Assembly (NCBI GenBank): GCA_047285305.1
Contig: JBJBDL010000003.1
Location: forward strand, 1,344,001 to 1,408,000
Direction of reading: 5' to 3'
Length of the DNA: 64,000 bases
Source of the DNA: Synechococcus sp.
Lineage (GTDB): Bacteria; Cyanobacteriota; Cyanobacteriia; PCC-6307; Cyanobiaceae
Each line of letters opens with the position of its first letter. Positions within the stretch are counted from its first letter, which is position 1. The translations under genes were made by a program, and so were the position numbers. This document shows positions 55,404 to 64,000 of this stretch, one piece after another. The notes under the pieces were generated by a model that saw nothing but the letters and a program-made list of their open reading frames with translations, did no database searches and was not told the DNA's origin.

Positions 55404-55804
55404 ATGGTTTAAACCAAGACGTGAGGGTTCAAGCAGTTGGGGTTTCAGTGCAGCGGTGGCTGGGCGGAGCAGCAGGCCTTGCAGCAGCTGGAATCGCAGG
55501 GATTGCGGTTGCTGGACCACAACTGGCACTGCCGCTGGGGCGAGCTCGATCTGGTGCTGGAGCGTCAGCAGCAGCTGCTGGTGGTGGAGGTCAAGGGCCG
55601 TCGCACGGGTCATCGGGACCGCCATGGCCTTGATGCCTTTCAATTCATTCCGCCAAACGGCGCCGCATGGCCCGCGCGATCAGTTGCTGGAGAGCTGTGC
55701 ATCCGGCGTCAGCTGAGCAGCTGCTCCAGGTCAAGCTGGCCCTTGTTCCCTTGATGACGTCCCGCCGAACGATTCGCTGGATTGATGTGGAGCGGCTGTG
55801 CTGA
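55404..55804 (+). pseudogene. frameshifted YraN (UPF0102) family nuclease-like gene
   Basis: G..AE..A, NW.CRWGELDLV and VEVKGR; frameshift near 55640; C-terminus KRRRMARAI continues in another frame. Confidence 0.8.
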
Positions 55805-55818
55805 TGCACAGTTGACCC

Positions 55819-56643
55819 ATGGGTTTCTCCGGACATCACGCCCGCAAGCGTTTCGGTCAGCACTGGTTGCGGGACGAATCCGTGCTGCAACGAATCATCG
55901 AGGCTGCTGACCTGCAGTCCACCGATCGGGTGCTGGAGGTGGGGCCCGGTCGCGGGGCGTTAACCGAGCGTCTGCTGGCCGCGGGGATGAAGGCGGTGCA
56001 TGCGATTGAGCTCGACCGCGATCTGGTGGATGGTCTTCAGGAACGTTTTGAGGCTCAGCCAGGGTTCAGCCTCCATCAGGGCGATGTTCTCGAAGCCCCA
56101 CTGGAATTGAGTGATGGCCGCATCGCCGACAAGGTGGTGGCCAACATCCCGTACAACATCACTGGCCCACTGCTGGAGCGGTTGGTGGGCCGACTGGACC
56201 GGCCGGTGGATCCGCCCTACCAACGGCTTGTGTTGCTGGTGCAGAAGGAAGTCGCGGAGCGGATTCGTGCCCGGCCCGGCCACAGCAGTTTCAGCGCCTT
56301 GAGTGTGCGCATGCAGTTGCTGGCCCGGTGCCGTTCGGTGTGTCCAGTGCCGCCGCGCTGTTTCCAGCCACCGCCAAAGGTGCAATCGGAAGTGATCTGC
56401 CTGGAGCCCTTGCCGGCCTTGGAGCGGGTGGAGCCGGCTCTGGCCGCTCGGGTGGAATCGCTGTTGAAGCAGGCGTTTCTGGCGCGGCGCAAGATGTTGC
56501 GCAACACCCTGGCGGGTGTGGCTGAGCCAGACCGCTTGAAGGAGCTGGCGGCCTCCGCGGGTTTCAGCCTGCAGCAACGCCCCCAGGAACTCGCGCCCGC
56601 CACCTGGGTCGCCCTGGCCAGGGGTTTGAATCGGGGCGACTGA
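55819..56643 (+). CDS. rsmA: 16S rRNA dimethyladenosine transferase
   Basis: RKRFGQHWL, EVGPGRG, ANIPYNIT and QKEVAERI. Confidence 0.96.
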   Translation: MGFSGHHARKRFGQHWLRDESVLQRIIEAADLQSTDRVLEVGPGRGALTERLLAAGMKAVHAIELDRDLVDGLQERFEAQPGFSLHQGDVLEAPLELSDGRIADKVVANIPYNITGPLLERLVGRLDRPVDPPYQRLVLLVQKEVAERIRARPGHSSFSALSVRMQLLARCRSVCPVPPRCFQPPPKVQSEVICLEPLPALERVEPALAARVESLLKQAFLARRKMLRNTLAGVAEPDRLKELAASAGFSLQQRPQELAPATWVALARGLNRGD

Positions 56644-56652
56644 ACAACCACC

Positions 56653-57576
56653 ATGATCACGGTGACGGCCCCGGCCAAAGTCAACCTGCACCTGGAGGTC
56701 CTGGGGCTGCGCTCGGACGGTTTCCATGAGCTGGCCATGGTGATGCAGAGCATCGACTTGGCGGATCGCCTGAGCTTTCAGAACACCGCTGATGCACAAA
56801 TCAGCCTCACCTGCGATGACGCCAGCCTCAGCGTCGGCCACGACAACCTGATCCTCCGGGCGGCCCAGTTGCTGCGGGACCGTTCGGGTTTCAGTGAATT
56901 GGGGGCGTCCATTCATCTCGAGAAGCGCATCCCCATCGGTGCTGGCCTGGCTGGTGGCTCCAGCGACGGCGCCGCGGCACTGGTTGGTCTGAATGCCCTG
57001 TGGGGCTTGGGCCACAGCCCCGCGGATCTGGAGCGAATGGCCGCTGAGCTCGGTTCAGACATGCCCTTCTGTGTGGCCGGAGGCTGTCAGCTCTGTTTCG
57101 GGCGAGGCGAACAACTGGAAGCCGTGCCACCAACGCCTGAACCCCTGGCCGTGCTCTTGGTTAAAGACCCCACGGTGAGCGTTTCAACGCCCTGGGCCTA
57201 TAAGCGTTGCCGTGAGCTCAATCAATCCCACTACCTCGCTGACGAGGCGGCTTTTGAACAACGACGGCAAGCCTTGCGCAGCGTTGATTGGCTCCAGCCA
57301 TTGCGCAGCGAGCTGCCACCTCCCCTGCGCAATGACCTGCAGGAGGTGGTTGCTCCTGAAACAGCTGCGGTGCGTTCGGCGCTCGATCTGTTGAACAGCG
57401 TTCCCCAAAGCCTGGCGGTGGCTATGAGTGGTTCTGGACCCAGTTGTTTCGCGCTGTTCTCCGATCTGGCGTCATGCCGCCAGGTGCAGGATCAGCTCAC
57501 GCCCCAGCTGGACCGCGCCGGCCTGAAGGCCTGGTCTTGCGCCCTTCGCAGCGATGGCGTGAGGATCGAGGCATGA
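56653..57576 (+). CDS. ispE: 4-diphosphocytidyl-2-C-methyl-D-erythritol kinase
   Basis: [26 protein letters not shown] and MSGSG. Confidence 0.96.
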   Translation: MITVTAPAKVNLHLEVLGLRSDGFHELAMVMQSIDLADRLSFQNTADAQISLTCDDASLSVGHDNLILRAAQLLRDRSGFSELGASIHLEKRIPIGAGLAGGSSDGAAALVGLNALWGLGHSPADLERMAAELGSDMPFCVAGGCQLCFGRGEQLEAVPPTPEPLAVLLVKDPTVSVSTPWAYKRCRELNQSHYLADEAAFEQRRQALRSVDWLQPLRSELPPPLRNDLQEVVAPETAAVRSALDLLNSVPQSLAVAMSGSGPSCFALFSDLASCRQVQDQLTPQLDRAGLKAWSCALRSDGVRIEA

Positions 57577-57890
57577 CTGATATCCCCACACCAGAGAGCC
57601 CCGAACCACAGGATCCGCGCAAAGGTCCGCTGAGTTTTCTCTCCGGAGCGCTGACGGCCGGGCTGTTGGCCTGGCTGGCCCTGGGCCTGAGTCGGCGGAT
57701 GGTGGTTTATTTCGCTGTTCATCCCCCGCACTACAACTCGCCGATTGCCCAGAACATCGCCGTCACCCTGAAGACCCTTCTGGTGGGTTTGTCCTTCCTG
57801 GCCACCTTCAGCACGGGTTTTGTGGCCCTTGGCCTGACCCTGGTGTTTCTTCGCAGTCTCTTTACGGCTCGCGACCAGAACCCTGCCTAG
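57573..57890 (+). CDS. DUF3082-like membrane protein
   Basis: [10 protein letters not shown]...IAQNIA...LATF; two TM helices. Confidence 0.8.
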   Translation: MTDIPTPESPEPQDPRKGPLSFLSGALTAGLLAWLALGLSRRMVVYFAVHPPHYNSPIAQNIAVTLKTLLVGLSFLATFSTGFVALGLTLVFLRSLFTARDQNPA

Positions 57891-57914
57891 CGTCCGCTCA
57901 TTGCCAGGGTTTGG

Positions 57915-58010
57915 ATGACGCCCCACGACCTCGGCCAGCTGGCGTTGCTGCTGTCTCCGGCCATGCTGCTTTCCGTTTTGTTGTTGTTCACCTTCGCGGC
58001 GGGCGGTTGA
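57915..58010 (+). CDS. 31-aa membrane microprotein, Norf4-like (MTPHDLGQLALLLSPAMLLSVLLLFTFAAGG)
   Basis: Manually read ATG..TGA; a single TM helix ending FAAGG. Confidence 0.7.
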   Translation: MTPHDLGQLALLLSPAMLLSVLLLFTFAAGG

Positions 58011-58072
58011 CCCTGCGCTGACTGAGATAGCTTGGCCTCACCACCCGGATTGGCCGGGATCACTGTGACGCC

Positions 58073-59056
58073 GTGGCAGGAACACTTCTCTTCAACGCCC
58101 TCCGGGAAGCCATCGACGAGGAGATGGGGAGAGACCCCCACGTCTGCGTGATGGGGGAGGACGTCGGTCATTACGGCGGCAGTTACAAGGTCACCAAGGA
58201 TCTGGCTGAGAAATACGGGGATCTCAGGGTGCTCGACACCCCGATTGCTGAGAACGGCTTCACCGGAATGGCTGTTGGTGCCGCGATGACCGGTCTCCGG
58301 CCGATCGTTGAGGGCATGAACATGGGCTTCCTGCTCCTGGCCTTCAACCAGATCTCCAACAACATGGGGATGCTCCGCTACACGAGCGGCGGCAACTTCA
58401 CCATTCCCACCGTGGTGCGCGGCCCCGGCGGTGTGGGTCGTCAGCTTGGTGCTGAGCACAGCCAACGGCTGGAGGCCTACTTCCATGCCGTCCCCGGCAT
58501 CAAGATCGTGGCCTGCAGCACGCCCACCAATGCCAAAGGCCTGATGAAGGCCGCGATTCGCGACAACAATCCCGTGCTTTTCTTCGAGCACGTTCTGCTC
58601 TACAACCTCAGCGAGGATCTCCCCGAAGGCGACTACATCTGTGCCCTTGATCAGGCGGATCTGGTGAAGGAAGGCACTGATGTGACGATCCTCACCTACT
58701 CCCGGATGCGTCATCACTGCCTCAAGGCTGTGGAGCAACTGGAGGCAGAGGGGGTGAGCGTTGAGCTGATCGATCTGATCAGCCTCAAGCCCTTCGACAT
58801 GGAGACGATCAGCCGCTCCATCCGCAAGACCAACAAGGTGATCGTGGTGGAGGAATGCATGAAGACCGGTGGCATCGGGGCCGAGTTGATTGCGCTGATC
58901 ACTGAGCAGTGCTTTGACGATCTTGATGCCCGGCCTGTGCGTCTTTCCAGTCAGGACATCCCCACCCCCTACAACGGTTCTCTCGAGAACCTCACGATCA
59001 TTCAGCCGCATCAGATCGTTGAGGCGGCGCAGGCGTTGGTCAACAAGGGCATCTGA
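58073..59056 (+). CDS. pdhB: pyruvate dehydrogenase E1 beta subunit
   Basis: [21 protein letters not shown] and FFEHVLLY. Confidence 0.96.
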   Translation: MAGTLLFNALREAIDEEMGRDPHVCVMGEDVGHYGGSYKVTKDLAEKYGDLRVLDTPIAENGFTGMAVGAAMTGLRPIVEGMNMGFLLLAFNQISNNMGMLRYTSGGNFTIPTVVRGPGGVGRQLGAEHSQRLEAYFHAVPGIKIVACSTPTNAKGLMKAAIRDNNPVLFFEHVLLYNLSEDLPEGDYICALDQADLVKEGTDVTILTYSRMRHHCLKAVEQLEAEGVSVELIDLISLKPFDMETISRSIRKTNKVIVVEECMKTGGIGAELIALITEQCFDDLDARPVRLSSQDIPTPYNGSLENLTIIQPHQIVEAAQALVNKGI

Positions 59057-59058
59057 CG

Positions 59059-60543
59059 TTGATGGCGCGTTATCAGGGTTGGTTTGCCCTTGTTCTTGCC
59101 CTGGCGATCGCCGCCGGGATGTTTTTGGTTCGGACGCCGCTGGAACTGGGCCTCGATCTGCGGGGCGGCAGTCAGCTCACCGTTGAAGTGAAGCCAGCCG
59201 GAGAGATCACCCGGGTTGGCGTTGAAGAGATGGAAGCGGTGAAAGCCGTGCTCGATCGTCGGGTCAACGGTCTTGGTGTGGCTGAGTCCACCCTGCAGAC
59301 GGTGGGTGAGTCGCAGCTCGTGTTGCAGCTCCCAGGTGAGCAGGATCCCACCGCTGCTGCGCGGGTTCTCGGCGACACAGCCTTGTTGGAGTTTCGTGCC
59401 CAAAAGGCCGACACCGAAGCTGAGTTCCGAGGTCTGAGGCAGCTCCGTTCCCAGGTAGAAGCGATCCTCAGGTTGCGTGAGGATCAGATCCGCCGTGGTG
59501 AGACCCCGGAGCCTCTAGATCTGGCTCAGCTGAAGTCAACCCAGCAGACCCTGGGTCTGGATCGGCAGGCCAGCTCGGAGGAAGAGCAGCTCCATCAGCT
59601 TCTGAACAAGGTTGATTCCGATCTGCTCACGATGCTTGAGCCGGCAGCGCTGACGGGCAAGCAGCTGGTGACAGCAGGCCGTCAACCGCTCCAGAACAAC
59701 CCGAACAGCTGGGAGGTGACCCTCAATTTCGATGGTGAGGGTGCTGAGGCCTTCGCTGACCTCACCAAATCGATTGCCGGTACCGACCGGTTGCTGGCCA
59801 TCACTCTGGATGATCAGCTGATCAGTGCCGCCAGCGTTGGCCCCCAGTTCAAAAGTGCTGGAATCTCTGGTGGTGCTGCCACCATCAGTGGCAATTTCAG
59901 TGCGGAAACGGCCCGTGAGCTCGAGGTGAAGCTCCGCGGCGGCTCCCTGCCCCTCCCCGTTGAAGTGATCGAGGTCCGCACCATCGGGCCCACGCTCGGA
60001 GCAGAGAACATCCGCCGCAGCCTGGTGGCCGCCCTCTCGGGCCTGGCTCTGGTGGCGGTGTTCATGGTGGTGGCCTATCGCCTGCCAGGGGCGGTGGCTG
60101 TGATGGCCCTCAGCCTCTATGCCCTGTTCAACCTGGCGGTGTACGCCTTGATTCCGGTCACCCTCACCTTGCCGGGAATCGCTGGTTTCATCCTCTCGAT
60201 CGGCATGGCCGTGGATGCCAATGTGCTGATCTTTGAGCGGATCAAGGACGAATTGCGGCGGGGCAACACCTTGATCCGCTCGATTGATACCGGCTTCTCC
60301 GAGGCCTTTTCATCGATCGTCGATGGTCACCTGACCACGTTGATCAGTTGTGCAGCTCTCTTCTTCCTTGGCACCGGCCTGGTCAAGGGCTTTGCCGCGA
60401 CCCTGGGCATTGGTGTTCTGCTGAGTTTGTTCACGGCCCTGACCTGCACCCGCACCCTGCTTCGTTTCCTGATGGGCTACGCCGGTCTGCGTTGTGCCAG
60501 CAATTTTCTGCCCACCGGGCAACTTCCTTCCCCCACCGCCTGA
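59059..60543 (+). CDS. secD: protein translocase subunit SecD
   Basis: LGLDLRGG, RVNGLGVAE, IGPTLG and GMAVDANVLIFERIK. Confidence 0.97.
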   Translation: MMARYQGWFALVLALAIAAGMFLVRTPLELGLDLRGGSQLTVEVKPAGEITRVGVEEMEAVKAVLDRRVNGLGVAESTLQTVGESQLVLQLPGEQDPTAAARVLGDTALLEFRAQKADTEAEFRGLRQLRSQVEAILRLREDQIRRGETPEPLDLAQLKSTQQTLGLDRQASSEEEQLHQLLNKVDSDLLTMLEPAALTGKQLVTAGRQPLQNNPNSWEVTLNFDGEGAEAFADLTKSIAGTDRLLAITLDDQLISAASVGPQFKSAGISGGAATISGNFSAETARELEVKLRGGSLPLPVEVIEVRTIGPTLGAENIRRSLVAALSGLALVAVFMVVAYRLPGAVAVMALSLYALFNLAVYALIPVTLTLPGIAGFILSIGMAVDANVLIFERIKDELRRGNTLIRSIDTGFSEAFSSIVDGHLTTLISCAALFFLGTGLVKGFAATLGIGVLLSLFTALTCTRTLLRFLMGYAGLRCASNFLPTGQLPSPTA

Positions 60544-60546
60544 ACC

Positions 60547-61536
60547 ATGACTGAAGCATCGTCATCGGAACAAGCGGCCACGGTCCTCAGATTGCGCTGG
60601 TCCCTCAGCAGCATGCGCCGCAAGGTGTGGTTGATTTCTGGAATGGTGGTTCTGATCAGCCTGTTGGGCTTGTTGCTCAGCTGGATGGATCCTGCGATTC
60701 GTGCTCCCCTCCGTCCCGGCCTTGATTTCACCGGTGGCACGCAGATTCAATTGGAGCGTCGCTGTGATGACGCCTGCGCCGAGCTCAAGGCGATTCAGGT
60801 CTCGGATGTGATCCGCAGCCTGGAGCTGCCTCAGGAGGAGGGTCAACCTCTCCCCAACCTGGGCGCTCCCCTGGTTCAGCTTCTGGATGGCGGTCAGTCG
60901 TTGTTGCTGCGCCTGCCAACGTTGTCGGCTGCCCAGGGCCAAGCGGTCATTCAGGCAGTTGAACCCGTTGCAGGGCCATTCCTCTCAGGTGGTCAATCGG
61001 TCGACACGATCGGGCCGAGCCTGGGCAAGCAATTGCTGCGCAGCAGCCTGATTTCTCTGTTGGTGGCTTTCAGCGGTATTGCGGCCTACATCAGCTTCCG
61101 CTACGACCGCCGCTACGCGTTTCTCGCCCTGGTGGCGCTGGCCCATGACGTGGCGATCGTCTGTGGAGTTTTTGCCTGGCTAGGGGTTGTGCTTCAGCTG
61201 GAGGTGGACAGCCTCTTTGCGGTTTCATTGCTGACCATTGCTGGTTATTCGGTGAACGACACGGTGGTGGTGTTTGATCGCATCCGCGAACGCAGCAAGG
61301 ATGCCGCCGACCTGCCGCTCTCAGTGCAGGTGGATCAAGCTGTGTCCGCCACCCTGACCCGCACGCTCTACACCAGCGGAACCACCTTGCTGCCTCTCTT
61401 GGCGCTCGTGTTTTTCGGTGGAGCAACGCTGTATTGGTTTGCCATCGCCCTCGCTCTCGGGGTTGTTGTTGGTTCCTGGTCGAGCATCGCCCTGGCGCCG
61501 TCGTTGCTCACGCTGTGGGACCGCTCCCGTGACTAA
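60547..61536 (+). CDS. secF: protein translocase subunit SecF
   Basis: GLDFTGG, IGPSLG and GYSVNDTVVVFDRIRE. Confidence 0.97.
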   Translation: MTEASSSEQAATVLRLRWSLSSMRRKVWLISGMVVLISLLGLLLSWMDPAIRAPLRPGLDFTGGTQIQLERRCDDACAELKAIQVSDVIRSLELPQEEGQPLPNLGAPLVQLLDGGQSLLLRLPTLSAAQGQAVIQAVEPVAGPFLSGGQSVDTIGPSLGKQLLRSSLISLLVAFSGIAAYISFRYDRRYAFLALVALAHDVAIVCGVFAWLGVVLQLEVDSLFAVSLLTIAGYSVNDTVVVFDRIRERSKDAADLPLSVQVDQAVSATLTRTLYTSGTTLLPLLALVFFGGATLYWFAIALALGVVVGSWSSIALAPSLLTLWDRSRD

Positions 61537-61750
61537 AGCCAGCGGCAATTCTGAACGGAGACGCCGTGCTGTTTCGGCCCGTTGGTTTCCAATTCTGTTG
61601 ATCCTGCTGGCTCTGGCTGATCTGCGCACCGAAGTTCTGCTTCTCAGTGATCAGTTCACGATTACAGGGCTCGGTTATGCCATTCGGCATCATCAGCTTG
61701 CTGTGGTGGTCTTGCTGGGTTCCGGCACTCTCTGGCGCCGTTTCGGTTAG
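61529..61750 (+). CDS. small hypothetical membrane protein
   Basis: GTG start overlapping the secF stop; two hydrophobic segments. Confidence 0.65.
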   Translation: MTKASGNSERRRRAVSARWFPILLILLALADLRTEVLLLSDQFTITGLGYAIRHHQLAVVVLLGSGTLWRRFG

Positions 61751-61983
61751 CGCTTGGTGCCGTTGCCGAATTCCTGCCAGATCGAATCCCAGGTGCGTTG
61801 TTTCACCTCGGCGTTCCACTGGCCCTGGCTGTGGGTGGAGGCCCACCACGATTCGAACAGATCGTGGGCTTCCTCTTTCAGCAATTCGGGGTCAAGATTC
61901 TCGCGAACCAGCTGCATCACGGCCTGCCTCAGTTCCTCGTAACGGGAGAAATTGAAGATGACGTCCAAGCCCGCTCGTCTCAC
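61747..61983 (-). CDS. hypothetical protein (78 aa)
   Basis: Helical, Trp-rich ORF convergent with the previous gene. Confidence 0.7.
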   Translation of the reverse strand: MRRAGLDVIFNFSRYEELRQAVMQLVRENLDPELLKEEAHDLFESWWASTHSQGQWNAEVKQRTWDSIWQEFGNGTKR

Positions 61984-62097
61984 GATCTCTTGGACACACT
62001 ATTGGATTGAAGAGCGTCAATCCGGCTTCTTTGGTATCGCGCTGAACGTCATTGCCTGTAAAGGCTGAGTTACGACTCAATTGGTTGCTCAGGTTCC

Positions 62098-62277
62098 ATG
62101 GAGTTGAATCCTGGTCTAAGCGAGGTGGTCTTCGGCTTGCGTGCTGAGGTTGAGGCTCTGAAGACGCGCTTGAACAAGATCGAGCGTGGCCAGGAGGTCG
62201 CGGTTTCTGCGGCCTATTGGCAAGCGGTTGAGCGGGAGCGTGATTCGAGTGAAAAGAAGCGGCGTCAGCTGCTCTGA
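62098..62277 (+). CDS. 59-aa coiled-coil-like microprotein (MELNPGLSEVVFGLRAEVEALKTRLNKIERGQEVAVSAAYWQAVERERDSSEKKRRQLL)
   Basis: Manually read ATG..TGA; heptad-like LRAEVEALKTRLNKIE. Confidence 0.65.
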   Translation: MELNPGLSEVVFGLRAEVEALKTRLNKIERGQEVAVSAAYWQAVERERDSSEKKRRQLL

Positions 62278-62285
62278 TTTGGTCG

Positions 62286-62317
62286 AAAAAATTGGGACCC
62301 TCTCCCAAGAGTCCCAA
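62286..62317 (-). terminator. terminator-like hairpin
   Basis: A6 then TTGGGA..CTCT-CCCA-AGAG-TCCCAA, between convergent genes. Confidence 0.5.
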
Positions 62318-62426
62318 GGCTCGACGCGTCGTTCTCACGACTCCGTTAAAATACTTAGGCAGTGCGGGTCTCAGGTGTGATGCCTGCTACCGGATGTTCG
62401 TCTGGTTACAAGTCTCGCGTCTGGAT

Positions 62427-63416
62427 TTATGCCCAGCGATCCATGATTTGCTGCACCACCACCCGCTGCATCAACACCTGAAGCACCACTACCAAAGGAA
62501 GGGCCAGCAGCACGCCCGGAAGCCCGAGAAGAGCACCAAGGCTGAGCTGAGCTGTTAAGGCCACCGTTGGCAGCAGATTCACAGTTTTGCGCAGCAGCAG
62601 TGGTGTGAGCAGAAATGCCTCCAGGTTCTGCAGCACCAGCCGGAACACCAATACCGACAGCATTAATTGCGGGGACTGCAGCAGGGCCAATCCCGTGGGC
62701 AGCAGCGTTGCCGCCGTGGGCCCGATGGTCGGAACGAACGTGAGCAGGCCACACACAAGGGCACTCAACAGGGCCAGGGGGGACTTCAGCAGCAACAAGC
62801 CGCCCCAGGTGAGCAGAAAAACGGTGGTGGAGGAGAGGGTCATGCCACTAAGCCAACCCCCCAAGGCTTGTCTGCACTCGTCGAGCAGATGCTCCATCCG
62901 CTCCCGGGCTGGTCGGGGCGTCATGGCCACCACCATGCGCCGGTGGGCGCTTGGATCCAAGGCCAGCAGCATCGCAAGCAGGACCATCAACAAGAGTTGA
63001 ATCAGCGAGTTCGCTGCACCTCCTGCGAACCCAAGCAATGGCTGAAGCCCTTTCAGATTGAGCCCCTCCCCCAAAGCGTCATTCAGCTGCGCCAGGCGTG
63101 GCTCACTGCTCAGCAGGTCGGACACTTTGCTGACCAACTGCGGCAGATCCCGTCCCAGTTGCTGAAACTGGCTGATCAGTTCCGGAACCAGCAGTTGCCC
63201 TAGCAGCCCCCCGGCCAAGATCAAAATCCCCAGGACAGCCGCCAGGGCCTGGGGGCGCTCCAGTCGGGTTCGCTTCTGAACCTGAACAATCAGCACATCC
63301 AGGGCAACGGCCACCACCACGGCGCCAAAGAGCACCAGCAGCACCCAACGCAGGTTCCAGAGCAACAGCACCAGCACCACCAAGGTGAGTGCAATGAGAA
63401 ACGTGCCGGCGGTCAT
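62427..63416 (-). CDS. AI-2E family transporter
   Basis: Multi-TM; GLLTFVPTIGP and QNLEAFLLTP. Confidence 0.9.
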   Translation of the reverse strand: MTAGTFLIALTLVVLVLLLWNLRWVLLVLFGAVVVAVALDVLIVQVQKRTRLERPQALAAVLGILILAGGLLGQLLVPELISQFQQLGRDLPQLVSKVSDLLSSEPRLAQLNDALGEGLNLKGLQPLLGFAGGAANSLIQLLLMVLLAMLLALDPSAHRRMVVAMTPRPARERMEHLLDECRQALGGWLSGMTLSSTTVFLLTWGGLLLLKSPLALLSALVCGLLTFVPTIGPTAATLLPTGLALLQSPQLMLSVLVFRLVLQNLEAFLLTPLLLRKTVNLLPTVALTAQLSLGALLGLPGVLLALPLVVVLQVLMQRVVVQQIMDRWA

Positions 63417-64000
63417 CGAACCGGCTCCAGACGTTTCCAGCGATTCAACACATCGTGGATCACGACTTCACGGATGATCACCTGCAGTACCACCGCCAAC
63501 GGCAGCGCCATCAGCAGGCCGAGGGGGCCAAAAAGGAGTGTGAACAGGAACTGAGCCGCCAGAGTCAATCCGGGCAACAGCTTTACCTGGTGGTGCATCA
63601 CCGATGGTGTGATCACGTAACTCTCGATGTTCTGTATCACCACATAGGCACCCAGCACCGCAGCGGCCTTCCAGGGGGCATCCAACAGAGCCACCGCCAT
63701 CGGGAAGATCGTGCTCATGGTTGGTCCCACATTGGGGATCACGTTCAACAGCCCTGCCAGGAGTGCATTGGCCAGAACGAGCTTCACGCCTAAAAGCGTT
63801 AAAGCAATGCTGCAAAGTACAAACACGGCCAGGGAGCTGATCAGCACACCCACCATCCAGCTGCTCAAGGCAGCACCGCACTGATCCAGGATGCGACGCC
63901 CTCGGCGTCGGTAGAAGGAGGGAATCAACTGCAGGCCAACATTCCGATAGGCCTGAGGCTGAATGCTGATCATCAGAGCCACCGCCACCACGAACAACAG
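63413..64000 (-). CDS. AI-2E family transporter (5' part beyond the window)
   Basis: GLLNVIPNVGP and QNIESYVITP; runs off the window edge. Confidence 0.9.
   Translation of the reverse strand: MLFVVAVALMISIQPQAYRNVGLQLIPSFYRRRGRRILDQCGAALSSWMVGVLISSLAVFVLCSIALTLLGVKLVLANALLAGLLNVIPNVGPTMSTIFPMAVALLDAPWKAAAVLGAYVVIQNIESYVITPSVMHHQVKLLPGLTLAAQFLFTLLFGPLGLLMALPLAVVLQVIIREVVIHDVLNRWKRLEPVR

Noticed and set aside
62057..62074. GTA...TAC NtcA-like site before the 59-aa ORF
   Set aside because: The spacer is 10 nt rather than the required 8.

Overview
A GC-rich, gene-dense chromosomal segment of a marine picocyanobacterium. Gene content and order fit marine Synechococcus (inferred, not searched). 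It is mostly core genome: parA-like, lepB, menD-menB, glgA, murF, glmU, aroA, ubiD, amidase-murI-sds, acs, tandem pstS genes plus a PtrA-like CRP regulator, tRNA-Pro(GGG), msrA, trpD-carA, mini-III-rlmB, gatA, dnaE, rpsO, ruvA, dnaG, umuDC with a LexA box, rlmH, rsmA-ispE, pdhB, secD-secF and two AI-2E permeases. I saw no CRISPR array, prophage, integrase, transposase or recognisable defence system, and I cannot support a claim of a large novel system. The best leads are smaller. (i) Several microproteins fall below the ORF-track cut-off, including a 31-aa Norf4-like membrane peptide before pdhB. (ii) A structured, terminator-containing leader precedes trpD-carA. (iii) A candidate sRNA lies in the accessory patch at 3-4 kb. 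(iv) The two pstS paralogues differ in export signal and regulation but share an identical 60-nt tract. (v) Three genes are disrupted: an L,D-transpeptidase, a 2OG-Fe(II) oxygenase and YraN.
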